From an uncultured Methanobrevibacter sp. (GTDB lineage: Archaea; Methanobacteriota; Methanobacteria; Methanobacteriales; Methanobacteriaceae), in assembly GCF_937898925.1 (NCBI RefSeq), contig NZ_CALDKF010000029.1, positions 1,344 through 33,343 on the forward strand: 32,000 bases of DNA, in the 5' to 3' direction. The translations under genes and the position numbers were made by a program. Under the pieces are notes generated by a model that saw only the letters and a program-made list of their open reading frames with translations, did no database searches and was not told the origin of the DNA. Positions 8,064 to 16,840 of this stretch are shown in pieces; within the stretch, counting starts at the first letter, position 1, and each line of letters opens with the position of its first letter.

Positions 8064-10568
8064 TCATTTAAGTTTCTTTTGATTGTCATCCTTTTTGAAG
8101 TAGAGATACTTGCCTTCAACAACTTCCCTAATGTTCTTAGCCGTTTTCTTACCGATTCCTTCCACTTCCTGAAGTTTTTTCTCATCAGCTTCAAGAACCG
8201 CCTTGACTGAACCGAAGTGTTCCAACAATCTTTTAGCATGAACAGGCCCAATGTTTGGCAATGATTCAATGATGAACAATTGCTGTTCCCAAAGGTTTTG
8301 CGGTTTTCTTTCAGTTCTGATTTGAATGCTGCGTTTTTCACCTTTCTGTTCTCTGATAGCAATTCTCTTGATCATTGCAGCAGTGTCTTCTTCTGTTCTT
8401 GTTGGAATGATGCTAATGCCGTAATCAAGTGCAATTGATGTCATTGCACCTCTTATAGCATTTGGATTGATGAATCCTGAGTAGAAATCATCTCCTTCAA
8501 GAATCATGATTGGCTTTTTAAACTCTTCCATCATCATTCTTGCCTGCTTGAACAATCTCTTATCGACAATGGAATCTACAAAGTCCTTAGCGGTTTTTCT
8601 CTCTATTGCAACCTCTTCACTTACTTGATAATCTGCAACAGCCATTGTATTGACTTTAACCTTTACGCCAATGGTATCCAATGCCCTAATGACTTTTGAG
8701 TTTCCTTCTCTTGTATCAACATAAACAACCAATTCCTGGTTTTGAGGACTTTTAGTAAGCTCCTCATAAATGGCATCTTCTAAAGCTTGTTCCTCTTTAG
8801 CTTCCTTTTCCTTAAGCTCTTTCAACTTGCTTTCATTCTCATTTTCCAAATCAATTTCTTCAATATCCTCATCACTGACTTCCTCTTCCAATGAATCATC
8901 CATGTCTGAAGTGACCGGATCCTCTACAATTGATTTTTCCCTTTTGCCTAAGACCTTAGCTGTACGTTCAGCTTCAATCCTTTCAGCAGCATTGAGCTTT
9001 AGCTCTTCGATAGCCTCTTGAGTTGCAAGCTGTGTCTTCATTCTGGACTCCCTTCTAACGCTGGTCCAGTAATAACCTTCATCTATTGTCTTTTTGGTTA
9101 TCAATACCTTCATCCTACCAGAGGATTTACGTCCGGTTCTTCCTCTTCTTTGTATCATACGGATTTCAGATGGAACCGGTTCATATAAAATTACCAAATC
9201 AACCGCAGGTATGTCTATACCCTCTTCTGCAACACTTGTTGAAATCAAAACATCATAATTTCCTGTCTTAAATGACTTGATGATGTTTTTCTGTTCCTTT
9301 TGAGTCAATCCTTTCTTGCCGTCACTGGTTCCTTGACCATAGAATCTTACACTTTTGATGCCTTCCTTCTCACATCTTTCATGGATCATGTCTAAAGTGT
9401 CTCTAAATTGTGTAAACACTATGATTTTAGGACTGTCCTTATCTTCCCCATCATCTCTTAGGGATTTCAATCTTGTCTGTCCATCCATACCAAGCTCTAG
9501 CTTAAGGAGTTCTATGAGCTTTTTCATTTTTGGATGCTCAAGGCCATACTCCTCTGCCTCTTTTGCAAGATAAACAGCTTTTGAAAAGTTAGGGTCAAGC
9601 AAGATATTCTTTGCAGCTCTTGTGGTTTTCTTTCTAAGCCTTCCTACATAATCATTGAATGGAGCCACACCTTGGCTTTCCAATAATCCTAATGCATGCT
9701 GCAAGTTGATTACTGCAGACAAAATGGATATTGCCTGGAAACATTCCTTAGGGGGATTTACAGATTGGCCTATTTTCCTTTGAACCTTAGACCTTGCCTT
9801 CAATATGTCCCTTTTGTTTACAGCCACTGTGTTGATGATTCCTAAATCCTTTAATCCTTTCAGACGAACATTCAATGCCTTCTTCACCAAATCCCTGATT
9901 TTCTCGAGTCTTGGACCCATTTCAACCTTTATCCAGTCAATGTTAATTGGATTGAAATATGGCTTTACATCAGGGTCTTCTTCAGTCTTGATAGTGATAT
10001 CCTGAATGAAAAGGTTTTCGCAAACTTCCTTGATCTTGCCCTTGTCATGCCCTGGAGAAGCGGTTAATCCTAAAATGAGATGGTTCTGGCATTCCTTGAC
10101 ATATCTGGATGCAAGATAAACATAGGAATAGGAACCTACTGCATGGTGACATTCATCAAAAACAACAAGGGAAACGTCATCCAAACTGTATCTTTCATTC
10201 AATAGGTCTGATTCAACGGTTTGAGGTGTTGCACAAATGACTTGTGACTCTCTCCATCGCTTTTCCCTTTCATCTGTCTTTACAGCCCCTGTAATTGAGG
10301 TGCAAGGAACATTTAAAAAGTGCTTGAAGTTTTCTTCATGCTGTATGGTTAATGGTTTACTTGGAGCTAAAATAAGAATTTTTGATCCTTTTAATTTTTG
10401 AAGCCTATCTGCAGCTACGAGTATTGCAATGATTGTCTTACCTAAAGCTGTTGGAGCTACAATCATTGTATTTCCATTTTTCAATACATCTGCTGCCAAT
10501 ACCTGTTGATAAATCCTAGCTTCTGCTGAATTCGGCCTAATTAAAGGATGTTCGATATAAGTAACCAT
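8064..10568 (-). CDS. hef: Hef: archaeal long-form XPF/FANCM-like helicase-nuclease (SF2 helicase + ERCC4 nuclease + tandem HhH)
   Basis: 834-aa ORF. Walker A APTALGKT, motif II FDECHH, motif III TASPG, motif VI QRRGRTGR. ERCC4 nuclease signature (VDTREG ... ERKTAKDF). C-terminal HhH pair (LPNIGPVHAKRLL ... VEGIGKKTAKNI). Confidence 0.9.
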   Translation of the reverse strand: MVTYIEHPLIRPNSAEARIYQQVLAADVLKNGNTMIVAPTALGKTIIAILVAADRLQKLKGSKILILAPSKPLTIQHEENFKHFLNVPCTSITGAVKTDEREKRWRESQVICATPQTVESDLLNERYSLDDVSLVVFDECHHAVGSYSYVYLASRYVKECQNHLILGLTASPGHDKGKIKEVCENLFIQDITIKTEEDPDVKPYFNPINIDWIKVEMGPRLEKIRDLVKKALNVRLKGLKDLGIINTVAVNKRDILKARSKVQRKIGQSVNPPKECFQAISILSAVINLQHALGLLESQGVAPFNDYVGRLRKKTTRAAKNILLDPNFSKAVYLAKEAEEYGLEHPKMKKLIELLKLELGMDGQTRLKSLRDDGEDKDSPKIIVFTQFRDTLDMIHERCEKEGIKSVRFYGQGTSDGKKGLTQKEQKNIIKSFKTGNYDVLISTSVAEEGIDIPAVDLVILYEPVPSEIRMIQRRGRTGRKSSGRMKVLITKKTIDEGYYWTSVRRESRMKTQLATQEAIEELKLNAAERIEAERTAKVLGKREKSIVEDPVTSDMDDSLEEEVSDEDIEEIDLENENESKLKELKEKEAKEEQALEDAIYEELTKSPQNQELVVYVDTREGNSKVIRALDTIGVKVKVNTMAVADYQVSEEVAIERKTAKDFVDSIVDKRLFKQARMMMEEFKKPIMILEGDDFYSGFINPNAIRGAMTSIALDYGISIIPTRTEEDTAAMIKRIAIREQKGEKRSIQIRTERKPQNLWEQQLFIIESLPNIGPVHAKRLLEHFGSVKAVLEADEKKLQEVEGIGKKTAKNIREVVEGKYLYFKKDDNQKKLK

Positions 10569-10689
10569 AAAATAATATATGTATTTAGATATTATTTAAA
10601 TATTTATAGAGAGCAGTTGAAAATTAATCAAATGGATATAATATTGATTTAAAATAAAAATTAAATAAAAAATAAATTAAAATAAAATA

Positions 10690-10756
10690 AAAAAAGAATA
10701 AAAAAAGAATAGAAGAAGAAAAGAATAAAAAAGAATGGATTAAAAGCGTTTAATCC
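10690..10756 (-). terminator. Hairpin GGATTAAA-AGCG-TTTAATCC embedding the Mur-ligase stop codon, followed on the minus strand by multiple T-tracts
   Basis: Perfect 8-bp inverted repeat 10737-10744 / 10749-10756. The stop codon is at 10750-10752. Downstream minus-strand sequence is ATTCTTTTTTATTCTTTTCTTCTTCTATTCTTTTTTTATTCTTTTTTT. Confidence 0.45.
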
Positions 10757-12426
10757 TTATCGCACAATTCACTGATAGCTGAATTGAATTTGAATGCAGC
10801 CTCACCTATAGCTATAACAATATTGGAATCTGTTTTCAAAGCTGCCTTGACACCTTCAACAACTTGCTCTTGGTTAGCTCCTAAAGTAAAATTAGAAGCT
10901 TGTTCTGGAGCTTCTTCAGTGAAAACAAATGTTTTCTCTAAGGTTTCATAATCAAAATCTGCATTTCCTTCTTTTGCAGATGCCAATAATTCATCTACAA
11001 CAAGTCTTGAATCATGAGAAGCTGGAACGATATATTTTACATTATCCAAGGCCTTTTCTAAAATCTCAATGTCTCCCTCATGGCCTGATTCAGAAGTAAC
11101 TGTGATAACAACTGTTGTATCACCATATATTTTAGTGATTTCCTTTAATACGGTTTCAACACCTGCTGGATTATGAGCATAGTCAACCATAATGGTCTTA
11201 TCTCCAACTTTACCCATTATTTCCATTCTTCCAGCAGTTCCCTTAAAGCTCATAAGTCCTTTTTGGATTTCTTCATCAGAAAGCTTTAGGAATCTTCTTG
11301 CTGCAATTATTGCTCCAACTGCATTGTAAACATTATGCAATCCATCAAGGGAAATGGTGAAATCTGTTTCTCCTTCAGGAGATTCTAGAGTGAATGTTCT
11401 CTCCTTTAAAGAAATGTTTTTAGCTAAATACATTGGCTTTTCATACTTGATTCCGCAGTCGCATTCAAAGGTTCCGCAACCGGAAATAAGCTCGTTTATT
11501 TCAATGCCCCTGCCACACCAGCATGGTTTGGTCGCCACTCTGCATGGCTCATCTTCAAGGCCAAAGCTTATTGCATCCCCTTTGAAGTCAATCTCTTTGA
11601 AAAGGCCAACGATTGTTGGATCGTCACTATTGTATATTAAGGTACCATCATTCTCTTCAATACCCTTTACAAGCTCTCCTTTAACTTTAGCATACTCTAA
11701 AAAGCTTCTTGTGATGAAGTCTGTTTCATCATTTTCGTGAGGGTCCTGCAAGTGGTCAACTGTAATGTTTGTCAAGATGCCGAAATTGGCATGGGTCAAG
11801 TCAATGATGGACTTCAATCCTCCAGGTGTACCGTCAGTACCTGTCTCTAAAATAGCTAAATCTCCATTCAATCTGGTTTGAAGTGATGGAATGAATTCAT
11901 TGTTACCTTGCATGCCTTTAAGATTATGTTCACAAGGGTTGATTCCTGCAGAATATGCAATATGCTTTAAAAGAGTTGTTGTAGTGGTCTTTCCATTGGT
12001 TCCGCCAATGCACATTACAGGTTTTTCTGGTGTGAATAGCTTAAAAATGTCTCCAAGCTCAATGACTTTAATGCCTTGATTAGAAGCCATCTCTAAAACC
12101 TTAGCATTTTTTGGCATGCTTGGAGGGGGAACGATGAAATCAATTTTCCTAAAGAATTCTTCAGGATGGCCTCCAAAGAATATTTCAATGTCATAGCCTT
12201 CAAAAGAAGAGTGGAATCTGCAATCCTCTTTAGATGAGATATCTGTTCCAATAACAGAATAGCCCCTGTCCATAAGGATTCTTGCAACCAAGTTTCCTAC
12301 AACTCCACAAACACCAATTACACCAAAGGTTTTATTTTCTAAATCCAATGAAGCCAATTCTTCATCAGACATAGAAGAGAGCTCTAAACTATTCAATTTA
12401 ACACCTTCATGAAAAGATAAAATCAA
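10750..12426 (-). CDS. Mur ligase family protein with MurD-like N-terminal domain; probable pseudomurein peptide ligase (paralog 1, carries a Cys-cluster insertion)
   Basis: 558-aa ORF. N-terminal Rossmann-like GVIGVCGVVGNLVARIL. Mur-ligase P-loop GGTNGKTTTTTLL. DGLHNVYNAVGA motif. Start uncertain: TTG at 12426 or ATG at 12372 (MSDEEL...). Confidence 0.75.
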   Translation of the reverse strand: MILSFHEGVKLNSLELSSMSDEELASLDLENKTFGVIGVCGVVGNLVARILMDRGYSVIGTDISSKEDCRFHSSFEGYDIEIFFGGHPEEFFRKIDFIVPPPSMPKNAKVLEMASNQGIKVIELGDIFKLFTPEKPVMCIGGTNGKTTTTTLLKHIAYSAGINPCEHNLKGMQGNNEFIPSLQTRLNGDLAILETGTDGTPGGLKSIIDLTHANFGILTNITVDHLQDPHENDETDFITRSFLEYAKVKGELVKGIEENDGTLIYNSDDPTIVGLFKEIDFKGDAISFGLEDEPCRVATKPCWCGRGIEINELISGCGTFECDCGIKYEKPMYLAKNISLKERTFTLESPEGETDFTISLDGLHNVYNAVGAIIAARRFLKLSDEEIQKGLMSFKGTAGRMEIMGKVGDKTIMVDYAHNPAGVETVLKEITKIYGDTTVVITVTSESGHEGDIEILEKALDNVKYIVPASHDSRLVVDELLASAKEGNADFDYETLEKTFVFTEEAPEQASNFTLGANQEQVVEGVKAALKTDSNIVIAIGEAAFKFNSAISELCDKD

Positions 12427-12526
12427 TTAAAAAAAAAAAAAGAAAAAATTAAAAGAAATTAATACTCCAAATAGTGGGAAAAAATCTGGTCAAGTTTTTC
12501 ATTGCCTAAGGAAATGGAAAAACTGG

Positions 12527-14023
12527 CTAGTCGTACTTTTTACAGCCTTCTTCTAAACCTGTAACTATTTTTTCCATAATTCCTTCAGGATCCTGCATGA
12601 GTTGTGGTCCTAAGTGAAGGATTGTGTCTCCAGGTTTAGAATATTTAATAGCTAGTTCTGCACCTTCTTCCATAGTTCCTGCAATTACCTTAACTGCATC
12701 TGAGTCTACTGCAGCATCAAGCAATTCTTGAGCAGGTTCCAAGTCAACTCTTTGGTAAACCTCATTGAATCCAGTAGCTACCATTACATCAGCATACTGG
12801 CCCATAAGCTTACCGGTTTCCTTCTTATCCCTATAAGTTGAAGTATCAAAGTTATCAAGCAATAGAACAAGACTTCTATCCCCTAAGAAGTCAAGTGCAG
12901 CTGTAATACCTTCTATTAAGTAGGAAGCGTCAATATAAACTTCTCTGCCATTGTAGTCCCCAATGTATTCCATATGAACTGAAAGCCCTTTGAAGTTTGC
13001 AAGACCATTCTTGATGATTTCTACAGGCAAGCCATAAGCCATTGCAATAGCTGTTGCAGCAACTGCATTCTCATAGTAATAGCTCATCATATGGAAGTCA
13101 GAGGTAAAGTTGCCTTTTTTAAGTTCATTGGATTTGTTTCTGAATTTATAAGCGATATCAATAGCGCCTTTAGCGCTATCCCCAATAAAATTACATACTT
13201 GGCCTTCGCCAATAGCAACTTCCTCAAAGTTTGCTACCTTATCAAAGTATTCAGATTTTTTGGATGGATCATATCCAGGTAAATCCTTAACCATCGCGTA
13301 AAAGATTGCATCAGGTCTTGCTTCTTTTACAGTGTCTTTACAATGAATGCTTGTGATGAAGTTTTCACTATTCTTAGCAATGAACATTTTTCTTTGGGTG
13401 TAACGTTCCATTGAACCTCCAAACTCAGACAAATGCTCTTCATAAATATTCAAGAGTGCTCCTACCTTAAGCTGAAGCTCTGCCATTAAACCTGCAGTTC
13501 CATGAGGAAGCTCCAAAACAGCAATGTCTGATTTTTCTGGAATTCCTTTGATGATTCCATCAACAATGACTTCACTAACAAGGTTTTGGGTCATGGAGGA
13601 ACATATCCAAACTTGATATCCCGCAGTTCTGAAGATTTCAGTTACCATATGGGTTGTACTGGTTTTACCTACACTGCCTGTGATTCCAATAATGTCAATA
13701 TCAATGAAGCTGTCTGCCAATCTACCGAAATCATCATTGGAAAAGACATTGAGATTAGCTTCTTTTATGATTTTGTAAGCTGGAGCATTTTCCGGTACAG
13801 TTGGAGATAAGTAAACTGTATCGATTCCATCAAGATTTGGTTCAAATACACCTAAATCTAATTCAACTCCTTCACTTTCCATAAGTCTTAAAGTCTTTTG
13901 AACATCCATGTGGAAGTCTTCGATTTTCTTAGGATCGGTTATCTTTACCGTGTGGCCAGCATAGTTTAATAATCTTGCAACAGGACGACCTGCATTTCCT
14001 GCTCCTACAACAATAACATTCAT
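12527..14023 (-). CDS. Mur ligase family protein with MurD-like N-terminal domain; probable pseudomurein peptide ligase (paralog 2)
   Basis: 498-aa ORF. ATG preceded by AGGAGTG. N-terminal VVGAGNAGRPVARLL. P-loop GITGSVGKTSTTHMV. Confidence 0.75.
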   Translation of the reverse strand: MNVIVVGAGNAGRPVARLLNYAGHTVKITDPKKIEDFHMDVQKTLRLMESEGVELDLGVFEPNLDGIDTVYLSPTVPENAPAYKIIKEANLNVFSNDDFGRLADSFIDIDIIGITGSVGKTSTTHMVTEIFRTAGYQVWICSSMTQNLVSEVIVDGIIKGIPEKSDIAVLELPHGTAGLMAELQLKVGALLNIYEEHLSEFGGSMERYTQRKMFIAKNSENFITSIHCKDTVKEARPDAIFYAMVKDLPGYDPSKKSEYFDKVANFEEVAIGEGQVCNFIGDSAKGAIDIAYKFRNKSNELKKGNFTSDFHMMSYYYENAVAATAIAMAYGLPVEIIKNGLANFKGLSVHMEYIGDYNGREVYIDASYLIEGITAALDFLGDRSLVLLLDNFDTSTYRDKKETGKLMGQYADVMVATGFNEVYQRVDLEPAQELLDAAVDSDAVKVIAGTMEEGAELAIKYSKPGDTILHLGPQLMQDPEGIMEKIVTGLEEGCKKYD

Positions 14024-14329
14024 TAATTAACACTCCTTGAAGGTTTATGTAATCTCATTAGAATTTTAAATAATTTATTTCAATTTACATCATTTTGTCA
14101 AAAATATGACCTAGTTAATTATTCATAAATTTATATGATATTATTTATTATTCTTATATAACTTAAAGTTTATTAAAAAAAATGGGGAAATTGATTCTTG
14201 TATAGTTAAATTTTATTAAAAAAATCAAGCAAAATAGGATAAAAATAATAAAAAAATAGTTATGAATGAAATTAAAAATAAAAATAAAAATTAATTGAAA
14301 AATAAGAAAAAAGAGAAGAAAAAATAGAT

Positions 14330-15565
14330 TTATTCAAAATCTAATAGGTTTTCAATGTCATTGTAGATAACTTTCAACCCACACATTGAAGGAACATAAT
14401 TAGCTGCCTTTGCAGAGTTTACTCCAATGACTTCATATCCCATTTGCTCTATTGGAGCAACTACCATACAAGTATCACAGCAGATCTTACCTCCTGCATT
14501 CTCAATGGCATCGAGATATCCTAAACGTTTAGCAGCTTCCTTGATGTTGATTGAAGTGCAAACCCAAAGCTCGTTTTTGATCTTCTTGCCTTTGACTATT
14601 TCTGCAACTTCCTTAACTTCCTCTAGGGAAGCATGTGGACATCCTAAGCATACAAGGTCTGCATAACCTTCTGCACTGCTAAGTTTTTCTCTTGTTTCTA
14701 CAATATCATCTTTAGCAATAGTTATTTTATCTTCAACATTTCCAATGTCAGCAAACTTGTACTCTGGAGTGATGTCTTCAACATGGTATAAAGCCACTGC
14801 ACCAGAAGATGCAAGCGCTGCACCAAGAGCTTTCAGATTACCGTTTTCTATCTTGTAAGGCTTGTTTTGCATTTTAAAGTAAGGAACTCCATCCTTAACC
14901 ACTTGACCTACTGCATAACCTAAAGCACCGAAATCGGCCCTTTCAAGTTCACATTCAACATCAACAAGCAAATTAGCGGTTCTGTTTTCATCCAAATGGA
15001 ATCCGTATAAAGGAGTTTTTCCTACAATAGCTGCAGCTAATGCTCCAGGCCCTCCTTCACGATTGGTTCTTGCACCGATTACAGAATTGACATAAGCAAC
15101 CGCAGAGGATTCAGACCATGAAACATGGTCACCGAATCTTGGAACGTTTCCAATCAAATAAGGAGTGCATGTACAGGTAGTGCTTATTCCAAGCGCTCCA
15201 TAAGCATTGCAGATATCAACTTGCTTTTTAGCGAACTCTGGAGGAAAACCGAAATCTTCCCAATTGTCAAGATCAGTTCCTGCAGGGTTAAGTGTTGCAG
15301 ATATTGTTGAAATTCCACTTTTATCGCTTATTGTACCATTTTCATTGTAAATTATTTCAGCAGTTCTAGCCAAGTCCTCAAGGTATTCAAGACCTGCTTG
15401 GCCTATGGTCTTATAGGATACTCCAGACACTTGAGCAGACTTGATGTCTACGAATTTCTCTGCACCGTAAATGTCTCCTAAAGCAATTAAGATATCCATA
15501 CTCTTTCTAATGGTTTCTCCATATTCACCACTAGCCATTTTTTCTTCTTCTTTAGTTAAAAACAT
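14330..15565 (-). CDS. Aconitase X (DUF521) catalytic/large subunit; probable phosphomevalonate dehydratase large subunit of the archaeal mevalonate pathway
   Basis: 411-aa ORF with AGGAGAG SD. N-terminus [17 protein letters not shown]... and C-terminal Cys motifs ([10 protein letters not shown]; [10 protein letters not shown]) match my recollection of the AcnX/DUF521 family. Confidence 0.6.
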   Translation of the reverse strand: MFLTKEEEKMASGEYGETIRKSMDILIALGDIYGAEKFVDIKSAQVSGVSYKTIGQAGLEYLEDLARTAEIIYNENGTISDKSGISTISATLNPAGTDLDNWEDFGFPPEFAKKQVDICNAYGALGISTTCTCTPYLIGNVPRFGDHVSWSESSAVAYVNSVIGARTNREGGPGALAAAIVGKTPLYGFHLDENRTANLLVDVECELERADFGALGYAVGQVVKDGVPYFKMQNKPYKIENGNLKALGAALASSGAVALYHVEDITPEYKFADIGNVEDKITIAKDDIVETREKLSSAEGYADLVCLGCPHASLEEVKEVAEIVKGKKIKNELWVCTSINIKEAAKRLGYLDAIENAGGKICCDTCMVVAPIEQMGYEVIGVNSAKAANYVPSMCGLKVIYNDIENLLDFE

Positions 15566-15619
15566 GCAACTCTCCTAAATTCTATGAAATTTTGTAAAAA
15601 ATTTGAAAATACAGTTAAT

Positions 15620-16579
15620 TTAAATTACTTCAAAACCTATAAGTTTGATATGATTGGAAATCAATTCAGGATTTTCATCAATAGGTTCTGACAATTTGGT
15701 TGTTATGTACTTCTTGTTGTCATCTGGGAAGACTGTTGCAATCTTCAAGTCATCATTGTCCATGATTACACTTGCCAAGAAGTTTGCACCGCTTGAAATT
15801 CCTATTCCCAATCCTAATTCCTGAGCAATCCTTTTAGACATGTTGATTGCATCACAGTCATGAATCAGGACTATATCATCAATCAATTCCTCATCAACGA
15901 TTCCAGGAATGAAGTCATCTCCAATACCTTCAATCAAATGGCTTCCTTCATCCATTCCCATCTTAAGAATTGATAATGTGCTTGGTTCCAATGCAAAGAC
16001 TTTAGCATCAGGATTATGATCCTTTAATCTTTTACCGATTCCCATAAGTGTTCCGCCAGTACCGATTCCTGAAACAAATGCATTGACATCTGGAATTGCA
16101 TCAACGATTTCTTGACCTGTTTTCTTATATTGGGCTTCAACATTCAATTCATTGTCAAACTGAAGAGGCTTATAAGCGCCAATTTCATCAGCAAAATCAT
16201 CTACAAGTTCAAGAGCTCCCTTGAATCCTCCATCTTCTCTGGATACAAGGTGAACCTCTGCACCATACATTTGGATAAGTTTCCTTCTTTCAAGAGATAC
16301 CCAATCAGGCATGAAAATATGTACTTCATGGCCTAAAAGCGCTCCAATTGCACTGAAAGCGATTCCAGTGTTTCCGCTTGTAACCTCTATGATAGGTTGG
16401 CCATCCTTTAAGTTTCCTCTTTCCTTTTCCTTTTGGATAATGTACAATGCTATTCTGTCTTTAATGCTTCCAGAATAGTTGTAATATTCAACTTTAGAAT
16501 AAATGCTTCCCTTTTTGCCATCATATTCATAATCAATCTTAATCATTGGGGTATTTCCAACTAATTTATCAACATTCAT
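15620..16579 (-). CDS. cysK: Cysteine synthase family PLP-dependent enzyme (CysK/CysM-like; exact substrate not resolvable)
   Basis: 319-aa ORF with GGTGG SD. PLP-lysine motif SGSIKDR, TSGNTG, GIGTGGT loop. Confidence 0.8.
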   Translation of the reverse strand: MNVDKLVGNTPMIKIDYEYDGKKGSIYSKVEYYNYSGSIKDRIALYIIQKEKERGNLKDGQPIIEVTSGNTGIAFSAIGALLGHEVHIFMPDWVSLERRKLIQMYGAEVHLVSREDGGFKGALELVDDFADEIGAYKPLQFDNELNVEAQYKKTGQEIVDAIPDVNAFVSGIGTGGTLMGIGKRLKDHNPDAKVFALEPSTLSILKMGMDEGSHLIEGIGDDFIPGIVDEELIDDIVLIHDCDAINMSKRIAQELGLGIGISSGANFLASVIMDNDDLKIATVFPDDNKKYITTKLSEPIDENPELISNHIKLIGFEVI

Positions 16580-16840
16580 AAGATTCCACCAATCAATAAT
16601 AAAATAATATAAGCAATGATAATAATCATTTAGTAAACTAATTTAATAATATAACATTATTATTTATGTATTTTAATTATAAAATACTTTTTAAAAAATA
16701 GGCTAAAAAATTGCAATTTAATGAAAAATTTGTAGAAATAGTTGATTATGAAAAAGTTAAAAATATAAAACTCATGAAAACTTTTTAAAATTTGATTAAA
16801 AAAAAGAAATTGATGAAAAAAGAAATAGCTAAGAATAATC

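Noticed and set aside
8770-9021. 83-aa Ser-rich plus-strand ORF; also the 110-aa minus-strand ORF 8030-8362 in an alternative frame
   Set aside because: Mirror-image or alternative-frame artefacts of the Glu/Asp/Lys-rich Hef linker and C-terminus. They are low complexity, with no start context.
14096-14113. Shared 13-mer AAAATATGACCTA, here and at 18762-18774, both upstream of minus-strand genes
   Set aside because: With about 1e9 position pairs in a 32-kb AT-rich window, identical 13-mers are expected by chance. There is no extended similarity around them.
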